Source of the DNA: Histomonas meleagridis 2922-C6/04-290x
Lineage: Eukaryota > Protista > Parabasalia
DNA length: 64,000 bases
Direction of reading: 5' to 3'
Assembly (NCBI GenBank): GCA_020184695.1
Contig: JAANOX010000144.1
Span: forward strand, 124,001-188,000
Below are positions 39,333 through 51,131 of this stretch, piece by piece (position 1 is the stretch's first letter; each line of letters begins with the position of its first letter). The position numbers and the translations under genes are program-made. The notes under the pieces are model-generated. The model worked only from the letters and a program-made list of their open reading frames with translations. It made no database searches and was not told where the DNA came from.

Positions 39333-40471
39333 TTATGAATAAGGCTTAGATTGTATTTTTCTTTCTTTTTTCTTTTTCCCATGAATTCCTTTTTCCTTTT
39401 TATTTTCGAAGTATATATTTCCATTATCCATTCCTATTGACTGAAAGAACGACAAACAATCTTTCTTCTTCCTTAAGTATGCATAATTAATTGGGGATCT
39501 AAAACATAAAAACAAACATCAAAAACGTCAAAAAAACTTCGAAATCCAAAACGTCTGGTTTTGCTCCTGCTTCGTACAGAAGTTTAGCCATTTTAACTTG
39601 ACCGAAATTAGCAGCAAGATGCATTGGCGTATGGCCGCCATTATCTATTTCATCTAATGGCGCACCATAACCGATTAATATATCTGCAATGGCACAACAC
39701 CCTTTCTTTGCAGCCAAATGAAGAGGTGTGTAACCATTGGAATCTTTACATGATGGATCGCCACCAATCTCAAGAAGAAATTTAACAATTTCGGGATCTT
39801 TAGTCTTAATAGAACAATGAAGTGGATATTTAAAAAAGATTAAAAAATACCAAAACCATCAGCTACTTGTGGAACTTTATATTTTTTAAGTATAGATAGC
39901 AATTCTTTATCATTCTTTAATACGGCGCCATTGAAAATGATTGTTTAAAAAATAAAAAAACATTTGCAACACTAATTTGATTTATATTACACCCAGCATT
40001 AAGAAGATAACGAATAATACTATAAATGTTGAGTTGCGCAGCAATGTAAAGAGCATCAAATGGTATGCAAGGAACTGTTTCAAGATCAAAATCAGAATTA
40101 ATTATCCAATCAAACATTGATTTATATGAATTTGGTTCTGTTCCAACTTTCCCGATTTCATTTAGAAATTGTTCAATTTCTTCAGGAAGTTCTGGAAATT
40201 CAATAATTAAATCTTCTGCTTCATCAGATGGAAATTGTAATTGATTTAAAAGAAATTGACAGCAATCAGTAGCATGAAAATGAATAGCAGCATCTGCTAA
40301 GAAAATAAAAAATGGAAGATTGACATTGAATTGTTCAAATTTTAAAATAATGAAAAAGTTAGAATATGTTTCTGTGATTCCAATTAATTCATCAATAGTA
40401 TCTGTTTGAATTATATCAAAAACTGTAAAAAATGTTTCTGATAATAGGCTTAAAGCCTCTTCTTTCTCCAT
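39333..40471 (-). CDS. Ankyrin-repeat protein split into four frames by three T-rich inserts (non-canonical introns or pseudogene)
   Basis: Segments ..YLLNAGCNINQISVAN / TIIFNGAVLKNDKELLSILKKY..DGFG / KYPLHCS..GYTPLHLAAKKG..GHTPMHLAANFG..DFE / RSPINYAY form consecutive ankyrin repeats if 39945..39961, 39832..39848 and 39501..39537 are removed (355 aa). Confidence 0.7.
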
Positions 40472-40844
40472 TGTTTTTGAAAATTTTGGTCTATTAAAAT
40501 TCCCTTTACAATAAAAATGACAACTTTACACGAATGAAAAAAACCGCGAAATTTCCAAATCATTTTATTTCGATTAAATTTATGTATCATGAATGTTAAT
40601 GTGATTTATACAAAACATCAATTCAAAATATTTAAATTTTTGTAATTACATATTTGATATATGTAATTAATTAATAAATTAATTTCTAAATTTTATTAAT
40701 TTTGATATTCTAAAATTTATAAATAGCATACCATTCTCTGCTACAAGCGTTTTCTAACATGTTTTGATGTTTATAATTCTCATATGTTTATATTTTGAGT
40801 TTTGGATCTTTACCAAAAAAAATTCAATTATAGGCCGTTAAAAA

Positions 40845-43800
40845 ATGGGCGAACTTCCGCGCCTTGAAGAAATTCTCAACCATATCAATGAAGAGGATGC
40901 TTCTTCCACGCTTAGTAATTTACATGAATTGTTCTCTCAAATTTTAAACTCGGATGAAAATGAAAACGAAAATGAAATTCAATATGAATTTACACTTAAA
41001 ACAATACCATTGTTAATAATACATATGCTTCAAACAAATGATGTGAATGATTATGTCCTTGAAATCCAAAATCTTTATGTTGATTTGATAAGAAATTTGG
41101 AAAAACATAATTTTGCACCACCATTTTTAGAAGCTATAATTTCACTTCTTAGGCCAATGATGAGTTTAACTCAGCCTGTTGTTGATCAAGATCAAAATAT
41201 AACTGAAAACCAAGGGGACAATTTTCCCATCAAAAATCAATACATTAACCTTATTCAATTGTTACTTCAAAACAACATTTTCCAAGAATTTGAAACATTA
41301 TTTCAAACAAGCCAAATATCTTTTGAACAGATAAATTTAATTTTGGAACTTTTTTTAATTGTCCATCGCCAAATCCCTAACACACTGGTTAAATCATTAA
41401 TTCAATTTTTCTACAAAACCACATTTGACATCTTTCAAAGCACTAATTTCCAAGAACCAAATTTTTTTCTCCATTTTTATTCTCAGTTTTTTCAATTCTT
41501 TGATAATAAAGAAGATATAATTCAAGCATTTTTTAACATGCTAAGATCTGATGAAACTAATGATGATATTAAATTCCAATGTTTTGATTCGATTATGTAT
41601 ATTTTTACAATCACACGTTTTGAATATGCGGAATTAATCAAAATTGGATTAATTAATGTAATTAATACCACAAAGTCATTAAGTTTAGTTAAAAAAATTT
41701 GTAATCGGTTAAGTAAATTTGAGATTTATTCACCATTTACTAATAAAGACATAAGTTCATTATTATTATTATCAAACGAATTACCAAATTTATGCGGTGA
41801 ATGTATCCTTGCGATTCTTATCAAAAAGCAAAATATAGATAAAGATATAGTTGAAGAATTTCTAAAAGTTGGAACATTTTATCCTAAAATCGATTTAATT
41901 ATAATTCATCGAATGCAAAATGATAGTGTTTCTATTGATGTTTTAGATCATTTATTAAAAATTTATAATTTTGATATAAAGATAAAAATTCCGAATTTTG
42001 AAATTCATGGAATAATTCTAAAACATTTGAAAGATTTAATTGATTTAGATGATAATCAATTAAACATTTATGGAATTGGAAGTTTCTTAGCAAATTTTCC
42101 ATGTAAAGAATTAGTTTATCAATTTATTGATAGATTAACAATTTTTAAAAACTATAATCATGAAATTACAGATGTTTTAATTAAGTTATTAAATGCACTT
42201 CCAACGAAACTTTGTCAGGAAATTATTTTAAGTAAAATCAATTATTATATTAATTTAGTGAATTATAATATTTTCGACATACATTTTTATTCAATTGTTT
42301 ACCACTTTTTCGATAAGCTTAAGAAATTCCCCAATCAATTAATTAACAATATTTTACAATTAGATTATTCAACAATTAATGATTTTGTACCTAATATTGT
42401 ATATACAATTTTAAAATATATTGAAAAGAAAGAAGTAAAGAAGTTAATTAAAAAAATTATTAACGATGGAGTTAAACCAAAACATTCAAAATGGGTTGCA
42501 AAATGTTTAAGATTTGTTTTTACAGAGAGTCCAAAATTTATGGCGAAATTATGTCTAGATATGATAAAAATGTTTGATCAAAATAAGTCAATTTTTACTT
42601 CTATTTGTTATATTATATATCAAGAATGTCTATATGAAGCAGACTTTTATAGAGCAAGAGAATCATTTTGTTATTCCCAAATAATAACTGTTGAGTTTGA
42701 AGGGAATTCACATTGCTTTAACATATCTTTTCATCCTTTTCATTCAATGCGACATTTATATTCTGAAATTTCGATTTTAATTCATAAACCAATAAATGAG
42801 TTATTAATTTATAATGAAAACATGAAACTTTTAAAATACAATGATACATTAGCATCGATTAATTTTACTTTTTATTCATCAATAAAATTTTTTGTATATC
42901 AAAAAAGCCAAAATGATAAAAATAATGAAATTTTAGAAAAAGTAATTCCATTTTTTTGTAAACTATTAGAAAGCGCAGATTACATTGAAGTTCTTTATAA
43001 TAATACACATATATTTTCTGAAGAAGGACAAATGTTATTACAAGTGTTATCTTTAGTAGATCGAAACTTTCATAAAAACGTAATAAAATTATTTAATAAT
43101 GTTGGGAAAATGGTATCTTTCTCAATTCTTGACTTTTTAGAAACGAAACGAATGCTTCCAATAATTTTTCATTATTATATTGAATATCCAAGTCGTTTTA
43201 ATAGTGAATATTTAGAACCAATAATGTATTCAGCTCTTTGTAATTATCAAATGTATAATCTTGATATTGCTATAATTTGTGAAGCTTTAAATACTATTTT
43301 ACAATCTTATAATGAACTGCCAATTTTATTATGTAAAAAATGTATTATTGATTCAAATGTTTTAATTATTAAGAAAACATTTTTAAATATTTTTTCAGAG
43401 AAAATACCAGAACAAATTTTTCTTAAATTACTTCATTTAACTGTTAAAGAAAACTATAGAAGTAATACAAAAGAATTTTTCGAGCATATTAAAGCAAAAA
43501 ATATAAAATCAGAACTATTTGAACCTTTTTTTATCGAATTAAAACCTTTTGAACCTTTTCATGAAAATGAAATTGATCAAACGTTTATAGGCTTATTATC
43601 AAATATTAAACCTAATAAAGATATTTTACAAATAGTTTTCAACAGATTATTTGGACCACCTTCTTTAGATGATTTTAATTTTCCATTTTGTCGTTCAGTT
43701 GAATCAAGGAATGCAGCATTAAGATACTTATTAGAAAACGATTCAATTAAAAACATAGAAATTTTAACAAGTTCATTAATGATATTACCAAAGAATAATG

Positions 43801-46800
43801 AAATTAAAATAACGAATAATTTGAAAATTATTATAAATAATATTAAAAATGCTCCAAATGATTCAATAATACCACAAATATTTCAACATTTTGCTTATAA
43901 TGAAGTATTTCTCGACTGGATTTTTAATATAAATGAACCATCTGATTTCATTAAAAGCATTCAAGAATTTTTAGTTGAACTTAAATATTCTATTAACGAT
44001 TATATCGATTTTAATCAAGTTCTTTCTAATGAAAGAATAATGGAAACATTATTTTTAAATGAAAAAGATTCAATTCCACAACTTCTTAATTTATTCGACT
44101 TTGAAGATAATTTCTCAGATAGATTTTTATATATTGATATTGATTTAAACAAAAACATGTATTTACAAAAAGTGTTTGAAATGAATAGTGAAGTTTACGG
44201 AGACATAGAAAGTTATGATTGTATTTTATTACATATATCACATAGTGACGAAAAAAATTTGTTTGAATTTCCTTTTGTTTTTCAATGGAATGATTCTTGT
44301 TATATATTTAAAGGGTTAACATATAAAATTAAATCTGAAGAATTTCTTACAATAATAATGAAAGATAATAACTATATTCAAATTGGAAAAAAATTAAATG
44401 AATTTAACATTATTGATATATCAAGTATACCTTCAACATGTTTTAATTCAGTTGTTTTCTTAATATATCAAAAAAATAACTTTAAATCTAAAAATTATGA
44501 AATATCAAATGAAATTAAAACTAATATTAATATTAAAATTAATGAAGAATGGCCAAATCATATATTTTCTACATCGAATTTATATGATGTATTTTCAACT
44601 TATCTTAAAACAGATTATTCTATTATGTTAAATATATTTTATTCAATTATAATATCAGATTCTGATTTCCTTATTGAGTGGGTACCAAAAATGAAAGGTT
44701 ATATGGCACAATTTCCTAATTATTTTAAAGAATTTGTTCAATATTCTATGAATTTAGGTATTACTAAAATAGCAAATTATTCTAAAAAAGCGGCGGAATT
44801 TATACCTGTTTTATTTTCGCAAAATATTAAATATAAAACTGTTAAAAAGATATATAAATCATTAGAAAACTTAACAACTAAAAAAGAATACATTTTTCTT
44901 ATTGAATTAGTCAATTCTTTTGAACAACAATTTATTAATAATTCTGATTATTTATTGCGATCATTTAGACTTCTTACATATGGAAAAACTAAATATAATA
45001 TTAAATATGATAAATTACAAAATGCTTTCGATACATTAATTACAATAATAAATAATTCTAATTTTGTAGATGATGAAAACAATTACCAAGCATATGTTCA
45101 ATCAAATGAATTTATGGAAGTTTGGGATGAAATTATTCAAGAATCAAAACCTTATTTAGAGTTAACTAAAAAAGAAACAATTTCAATAACTGATAATATT
45201 GTACAAAACATAAACATTGAGCTTGCTAATAAAACTATTGATACGTTATTATATGATGCTATAATACCTTCTTTATTTCATGAAAATGATTATGTTCGTG
45301 AATCTGCTAAAAATACAATTTTTGCTTTGATGCCAAAAATAAACAAAAATTTAGAAAATTACATTCAAAGGCATGTGTTAGACAAATCTTTAAAACTTCC
45401 ACAAATAAATGATGAACCTGTAATTTGTCATATTTTAATGTCTTTTATACCATCGGCTAAAGCTGCTTTAAAACAAGAGGATTCATACTGTGACTGTTAC
45501 TGTGAATTAATCGAAAAAACTTGTTTCATTGCACCTTTAACGGCCATTAAGCATACGAAAGATTTCTTCGTCATGCTAAAATATTCAAAAAATGAAGTTG
45601 TTTCTGAATGGTTATTAATGACTATTCATCATGTATTAGTATTAAATGAAAGTTTAATAACAAATATTTCTATGGATGATTTGGTGCCAATATTAAGATC
45701 AAAATTTGGTACTGTCCATGGTATTCAAGTGCTTTATATGTTTAGGGATAAAGCAAATAGGTCACATTTGGCAAATTCTTGTGTTAAAGAATGTTTGAAA
45801 TCATTTTATGATGAATATTCAAATTTGTTGCTAAAAGCTATTGAAGAAGGATTGTTAATAGGAGAGTTGAATTTGTCGTTTAAAATTACTGATTTTATGA
45901 ATTTAAAGATTATAAATGCAATTTTTGAAAGACAACCTGAACTTAGACCAGCCCTTTTACCTCTTATGAAAAGTACAATTGATAGCGCGCAACCAGCTTC
46001 AATTTATTTCATGAGTCCATTAATATGTCAGACAATTGAATATGTGAAAAATCCTGAAAAAGCAAACCAAATGAAAAAAGACGAACCACCAAAGGAAGAA
46101 TATCAACAAAATGAGGGCTTTGAACCAGTTGGTGAATTTGAACCTATTGAAGATGTTGAGCTAGCCAGAAGAAATCAAGAGCAAAGTTCGCAATCATCAA
46201 AGGAAGAAGACGAACAAAATGAGGACTTTGAGCCAGTTGGAGAATTTGAACCTATTGAAGATGTTGAGCCGGTTAGAAGAAATCAAGAGCAGAGTTCGCA
46301 ATCATCAAAGGAAGAAGACGAACAAAATGAGGACTTTGAACCAGTTGGAGAATTTGAACCTATTGAAGATGTTGAGCCGGTTAGAAGAAATCAAGAGCAG
46401 AGTTTACAATCATCAAAAGAAGAAGTTGAACCAGTTGAAGATAAAATGAGACAAAGGCTAAGATCACAATCACCAAAAGAAGAAATTGAACCAGTTGAAA
46501 ATAAAATGAGACAAAGGCTAAGATCACAATCACCAAAGCGAGAAGTACTTACAAAAGATCAAAAAGAAGAACTTAAAGTGATGGAAGCACAACAAGAAAG
46601 GCCTAAAAGAGGAAGACGAAATAGTGTACAATCTACAGAATCAGAAGAAACCCAAATGATATCAATGACAGATGTATATAAGACAATATTAGAACTTGTT
46701 AAAACAGTGGCATCAGCAACAGATTTTCCAAAACTAGAGAAACCACACCAAGAAAGACCTAAAAGAGGAAGACGTAAAAGTGTGCAATCTAAAGAATCAG

Positions 46801-47461
46801 AACAAAGCAAAGCAACACCAGTAATAGAAACACAACAAGAAAAACGGAAAATCGGAAGACCTAAAAGAGTACAACCTACAGAATCAGAACAGAGCAAAGC
46901 AACACCAGTAATAGAAGTACAGCAAGAAAGACCTAAAAGAGGAAGACGTAAAAGTGTACAATCTACAGAATCAGAAAAAAACAAAAAATAAATCAACGCC
47001 AGTAACTGAAACACAACAAGAAAGGCCTAAAAGAGGAAGACGTAAAAGTGTACAATCTACAGAATCAGAAAAAAACAAAGCGACACCAGAAATAGAAACA
47101 CAACAAGAAAGACCTAAAAGAGGAAGACGTAAAAGTGTACAATCTACAGAATCAGAAAAAAATAAATCAACGCCAGTAACTGAAACACAACAAGAAAGGC
47201 CTAAAAGAGGAAGACGTAAAAGTGTACAATCTACAGAATCAGAAAAAAACAAAGCGACACCAGAAATAGAAACACAACAAGAAAGGCCTAGAAAGAGGAA
47301 GACGTAAAAGTGTACAATCTACAGAATCAGAACAGAGCAAAGCAACACCAGTAATAGAGGTACCTAAAGCAGCAGCACCAGTGACAGATGTACCTAAAGC
47401 ATTGCCACCAGTAACAGTGGTACTTAAATCATTAAGAGGGGAACCCCAACAAAAAAAGTAG
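40845..47461 (+). CDS. Giant USP9/24/34-like protein with degenerate catalytic domain and repetitive tail. Main ORF 40845..46991; tail continues through two frameshifts to TAG at 47459..47461
   Basis: HEAT-like solenoid, UBL-like segment (ITVEFEG..FHPFHSMRHLY), and LFGPP..PFCRSVESRNAALRYL as in USP9/24. The following UCH-like region has no recognisable Cys or His box. Confidence 0.6.
46110..46430 (+). repeat. 108-nt coding tandem repeat x3 (NEDFEPVGEFEPIEDVEPVRRNQEQSSQSSKEEDEQ)
   Basis: Unit starts at 46110, 46218 and 46326. Confidence 0.93.
46428..46545 (+). repeat. 60-nt coding tandem repeat x2 (EPVEDKMRQRLRSQSPKEEI)
   Basis: gaaccagttgaa.ataaaatgagacaaaggctaagatcacaatcaccaaa occurs twice, 60 nt apart. 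Confidence 0.9.
46580..47360 (+). repeat. 87-nt coding repeat array (QQERPKRGRRKSVQSTESEKNKATPEIET), about 8 copies
   Basis: aagaggaagacgtaaaagtgtacaatctacagaatcagaa recurs at an 87-nt period; one interval is 94 nt and one copy has an extra G. Confidence 0.93.
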
Positions 47462-47544
47462 AAAGAAGAGTTGTGCATTAAAAATAATCAATAAAATATA
47501 TCGCAACAAACGATTATATTCAAAAAAGTTACCATGGTAAATTT

Positions 47545-48162
47545 TTAGTAAATTTCTGTGTTATGATATTTTAATATCCATTTGATATAATGCCTTGAAT
47601 CAAGAAATTGATTAAATTCTTTCTCTTGAAGAACTTTAAAAACTAAGTTGACACATTTATCAAATGAATTTGGTGTAATCATAGTCATTCCATGATCTAA
47701 CAATTCTGTGTTTACGTAGGGTGATGGGAGTTTATTGTACTTTTCATAAATTTTCTGAAAGCGACAATATCTTTTTCCTTCTTTTGAATAAAACTGTTCT
47801 TTAAACCTTTTGACGGACTTACAAAATGCAAGAACAGATGTTAATCGCTTTTCAGTAATGTACTTCTTAAAGTAGTGATAAAGATTCTTATCTGTAAAGA
47901 TTCTACTAAATGGTGGTATGTAATCATGTTTTTCTTGAAGACGTATTACAGGCTTTAATACTGTATTGGTTGGTTTGTTGTTATCTTTGTTTTCATCAGA
48001 TGAAAATATTTTTTGTTTGGGTGGAGAAATAATAGATCTGGGTTCAATTGATAATTTTCTTGATTTATTTTTTTCATATTTTTTTGGTGCTGGAGAAAAA
48101 GAAGCGGGACTTAAACTTACCCTTTTGTTTGCAAGTCGTTTGGCTAGTTCAATGCAACTCAT
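47545..48162 (-). CDS. RGS-domain protein (205 aa)
   Basis: LYHYFKKYITEKRLTSVLAFCKSVKRFK...RFQKIYEKY...NSFDKCVNLVFKVLQEKEFNQFLDSRHY follows the RGS pattern. Start is set at ATG 48162 (MSCIEL). Confidence 0.75.
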   Translation of the reverse strand: MSCIELAKRLANKRVSLSPASFSPAPKKYEKNKSRKLSIEPRSIISPPKQKIFSSDENKDNNKPTNTVLKPVIRLQEKHDYIPPFSRIFTDKNLYHYFKKYITEKRLTSVLAFCKSVKRFKEQFYSKEGKRYCRFQKIYEKYNKLPSPYVNTELLDHGMTMITPNSFDKCVNLVFKVLQEKEFNQFLDSRHYIKWILKYHNTEIY

Positions 48163-48438
48163 TTTTCGGGAAATGAAGCTTAACGTACAGTAATTTGCCG
48201 ATATGTTTTGTCCACATTGAAAATTGAAAACCATTGCCTTTGATAAATTTGTGATGAAAACAATCGTTTTTAAACGTACTTTTTTATGGCCGATATCGGC
48301 TTGCAAACAAAACCCCTGTTTTTGCTTTTTCATCCTCTTTCTTCCCTACAATAAAACTGTTCTGTGAATTGCTCAAATTTTGGTTGATGCTAAAATCCAA
48401 AAGAAAAATATTAAATTAAAATAATAAGTTTAGTAAAA

Positions 48439-50874
48439 TCATATTTCAAAACTTTCTTCAAGACTAGGAATTGTAAAAAAGCTAAACCTATTCTTTGTAT
48501 TTTGATTATTAAAAATCATGATATATATGTATTCATGAATCTCACTATTTATTTCACCTGTTGATGCTAAATCCCCAGGGGTTTGCAAAGCATTAACAAA
48601 TAAAAATTGGCTGAATGTGATTTCATTTTTGTATGAAAGCCATACTGTTATATTAGACATGATTATTTCGTTCTGTGAATTTTCCTGATCTTCTTCTTCA
48701 TTGATAAGAGTAACTTCAATTATAGTTGGATCTAATTTATTGGATTTTATATAATAATAGCCAATTTCATAAGGCTCAAGATCACATACAAATATATGCT
48801 GATTAATTTCATGTATCTTGTTTTGACAAAGGTTTCCATTAAAACCTTCATTACATTCCATAATTCCTTCAATACATTTACCATTTTCTTCTGAAATGCA
48901 TGTGTGATCTTCAATAAATTTTAGTTCTATTGGATTAATTTTAATATTGTTATGAGGAAATGGTCCTGTAACAACCACTGCACAAATTGTATCTTCACAA
49001 TTCTCATTACTAAATATATGAATTTCATAAACACCTTCGATAACTTCATTATTATCTTTAAATAAAATTATTTTTTCATTTGTTGAGCAATGTTCTTCTT
49101 GGTTGTTTTTGTTGTGATTACCATAATATACATTTCTATTTGGATCTACTACAACTAAATCTAAATCATAATATATTGGAATGTTTTTAGTAAAACCATC
49201 TTCTCGTTCAAAAAATTTATCCATATATGATAATGTTACTTTTAAATCTGAACTTCTTTTTGTCAATATTATTTTAGCTGAATAATGTTTTTTCCCTGTT
49301 ATTTTTAATTCTTTACATATTCGAAGCCCAAAATTTGATAATCTTTTCACTGGAAGAAGTGTTGATAAATCAACAGATCCATGACCTATCTTATTATCTG
49401 GTGTTCTTATTCCTTTATTACTTACAGCTGATTCAATAATTGCTGCTCTAAGAAGTACACCTGAAGGTTTGAAATTATACCCTTCAAAATACATTTCATC
49501 CGTAAAATATTGTCTAATAAGTGCAGCTGCACCAGAAACAGCTGCACATGAATAAGATGTTCCTGAAGATGCAATAAAATTATGATATCTTGAATAAACA
49601 TAATCACTACCATGATTTGGAGCAATTTCAATTTGAGATGAAGCTGCATGAATCCATCTTCCTAATGTAACTACTTCTGGTTTTTTTATGCCAGTAATTG
49701 ATGGACCCATTCCAGATGAATGTGCACGCACTACTTTATCAACAACTAATTGTACACTTCTAATCTTTTTTTGAATTATTATTTCTTTACCTATAAAATT
49801 GTAAATATTAATATTATCACATAATATAAAACAAACATTATTCAGTATTTCCCTATAAAATTCGCTTGCAATTTGTTGCATTTTTTCTGGTTTTATATTA
49901 AATACAAGGATATTCTTATAATTTAGATTAATAACTTCGTTAATTTTTCGTTTAAATTCACCTTTATTTCTCTGGTATACTACAAAAACACATATTTCCA
50001 TTCCATTACAAAATTCTGGTAAACAAGATGCTTCGACTAAAATAAATCTTGCTTGATAATATTTAAATCGATCGTTTTTAACTATTATTTCTTGTGCTTC
50101 TATTGGTTCTACGTTTTCATCTTGAAACAATGTAATTAAAAAATCAACTTTATTATAACGAAATATTTGATTTTGAGAACCAACTGTAAGGATATTATTA
50201 TTATCTGAAATGGATATTAGAGTACAAAAACGTTCATTTTTACAAAGATTTCCAGCTGATGTTACATATAAAATTTGGGGAGACCTAGAAACAAGATTAT
50301 GCAAATCTTTTCTGCACACAAAATCACACATTACAGTATCATAACTTAAACTAATAGATACGATATTGTATTCAATAAATTTCAGAGTTTTTTCAAGTAT
50401 TCTAGGATTACAAATATATTCATTCTGTAAAAATAAAATTTTTGCATTAGGTGCAACACCATTAAATGCTTCAGCTCGTGAATTTTGATTATGTGCTTTT
50501 CCTGCAACCACTGATGCAACTTTTGTTCCATGGTTATCATATCCAAAAATTAATCTAAAATATATGGGATCATTTTTCCTAACAAAAGAATGAGAATCAA
50601 AATATCCTGTACAAATATATAAAAATTTTCGATGATTTCTAATTACTTGATTAAACCCAGGTGAAATACCATCATAAAATGATGTATGAAGCCAATCAAT
50701 TCCCATGTCAATTATAGCAATTTTTTGACCTGAACCATCAATACCAAATCTCTCTAGATAACGTGGCATTACACACATTTCATATCTGCGATTGTAAATA
50801 ATTTCTTGATTTCTCTTTTGTATATATCCTCCAAGAATGTTTAGTTGAATTGATGTTAATAAAAAATATGACAT
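48439..50874 (-). CDS. Subtilisin-like S8 serine protease, KP-43/Tag type (811 aa)
   Basis: Triad IAIIDMGID, HGTKVASVVAG and SGTSYSCAAVSG; oxyanion SAGN; DLDLVVVDPN beta-barrel; EGF-like CIEGIMECNEGFNGNLC. Confidence 0.88.
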   Translation of the reverse strand: MSYFLLTSIQLNILGGYIQKRNQEIIYNRRYEMCVMPRYLERFGIDGSGQKIAIIDMGIDWLHTSFYDGISPGFNQVIRNHRKFLYICTGYFDSHSFVRKNDPIYFRLIFGYDNHGTKVASVVAGKAHNQNSRAEAFNGVAPNAKILFLQNEYICNPRILEKTLKFIEYNIVSISLSYDTVMCDFVCRKDLHNLVSRSPQILYVTSAGNLCKNERFCTLISISDNNNILTVGSQNQIFRYNKVDFLITLFQDENVEPIEAQEIIVKNDRFKYYQARFILVEASCLPEFCNGMEICVFVVYQRNKGEFKRKINEVINLNYKNILVFNIKPEKMQQIASEFYREILNNVCFILCDNINIYNFIGKEIIIQKKIRSVQLVVDKVVRAHSSGMGPSITGIKKPEVVTLGRWIHAASSQIEIAPNHGSDYVYSRYHNFIASSGTSYSCAAVSGAAALIRQYFTDEMYFEGYNFKPSGVLLRAAIIESAVSNKGIRTPDNKIGHGSVDLSTLLPVKRLSNFGLRICKELKITGKKHYSAKIILTKRSSDLKVTLSYMDKFFEREDGFTKNIPIYYDLDLVVVDPNRNVYYGNHNKNNQEEHCSTNEKIILFKDNNEVIEGVYEIHIFSNENCEDTICAVVVTGPFPHNNIKINPIELKFIEDHTCISEENGKCIEGIMECNEGFNGNLCQNKIHEINQHIFVCDLEPYEIGYYYIKSNKLDPTIIEVTLINEEEDQENSQNEIIMSNITVWLSYKNEITFSQFLFVNALQTPGDLASTGEINSEIHEYIYIMIFNNQNTKNRFSFFTIPSLEESFEI

Positions 50875-51131
50875 AATTTTAATGATAAAATAAAAAAGAA
50901 CTTTTATTTATATTATTTTTTAAATAAAATCAAAATCAAACTAGAAATTACAATGTCAAGTAACTATAAGTTTTTTTATACATGTTAATTCAAATTATCA
51001 ACAATTACATTATATCATCAAATAGATACAATTTTGTTTGATTGCAACCTTTTAAAAATCATTAATAATTTTTATTAAAGGAACAATATTTTGTTTAATT
51101 AATTTACCTCATAAAAAAAACTAATGTAAAT

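Noticed and set aside
39945-39962. U-UUU-UUA slippery heptamer as a programmed -1 frameshift explaining ankyrin insert 1
   Set aside because: After a -1 slip the new frame reads TTT ATT TTT TAA and stops before rejoining the ankyrin sequence.
40640-40672. AATTACATAT...ATATGTAATT inverted repeat in an intergenic region
   Set aside because: Almost pure A/T in a very AT-rich spacer; expected by chance, with no TSD or element body.
46110-47360. Regularly spaced repeats that might be read as a CRISPR array or minisatellite element
   Set aside because: Units are multiples of 3, in frame with a protein, lack unique spacers, and no cas genes are present; the host is eukaryotic.
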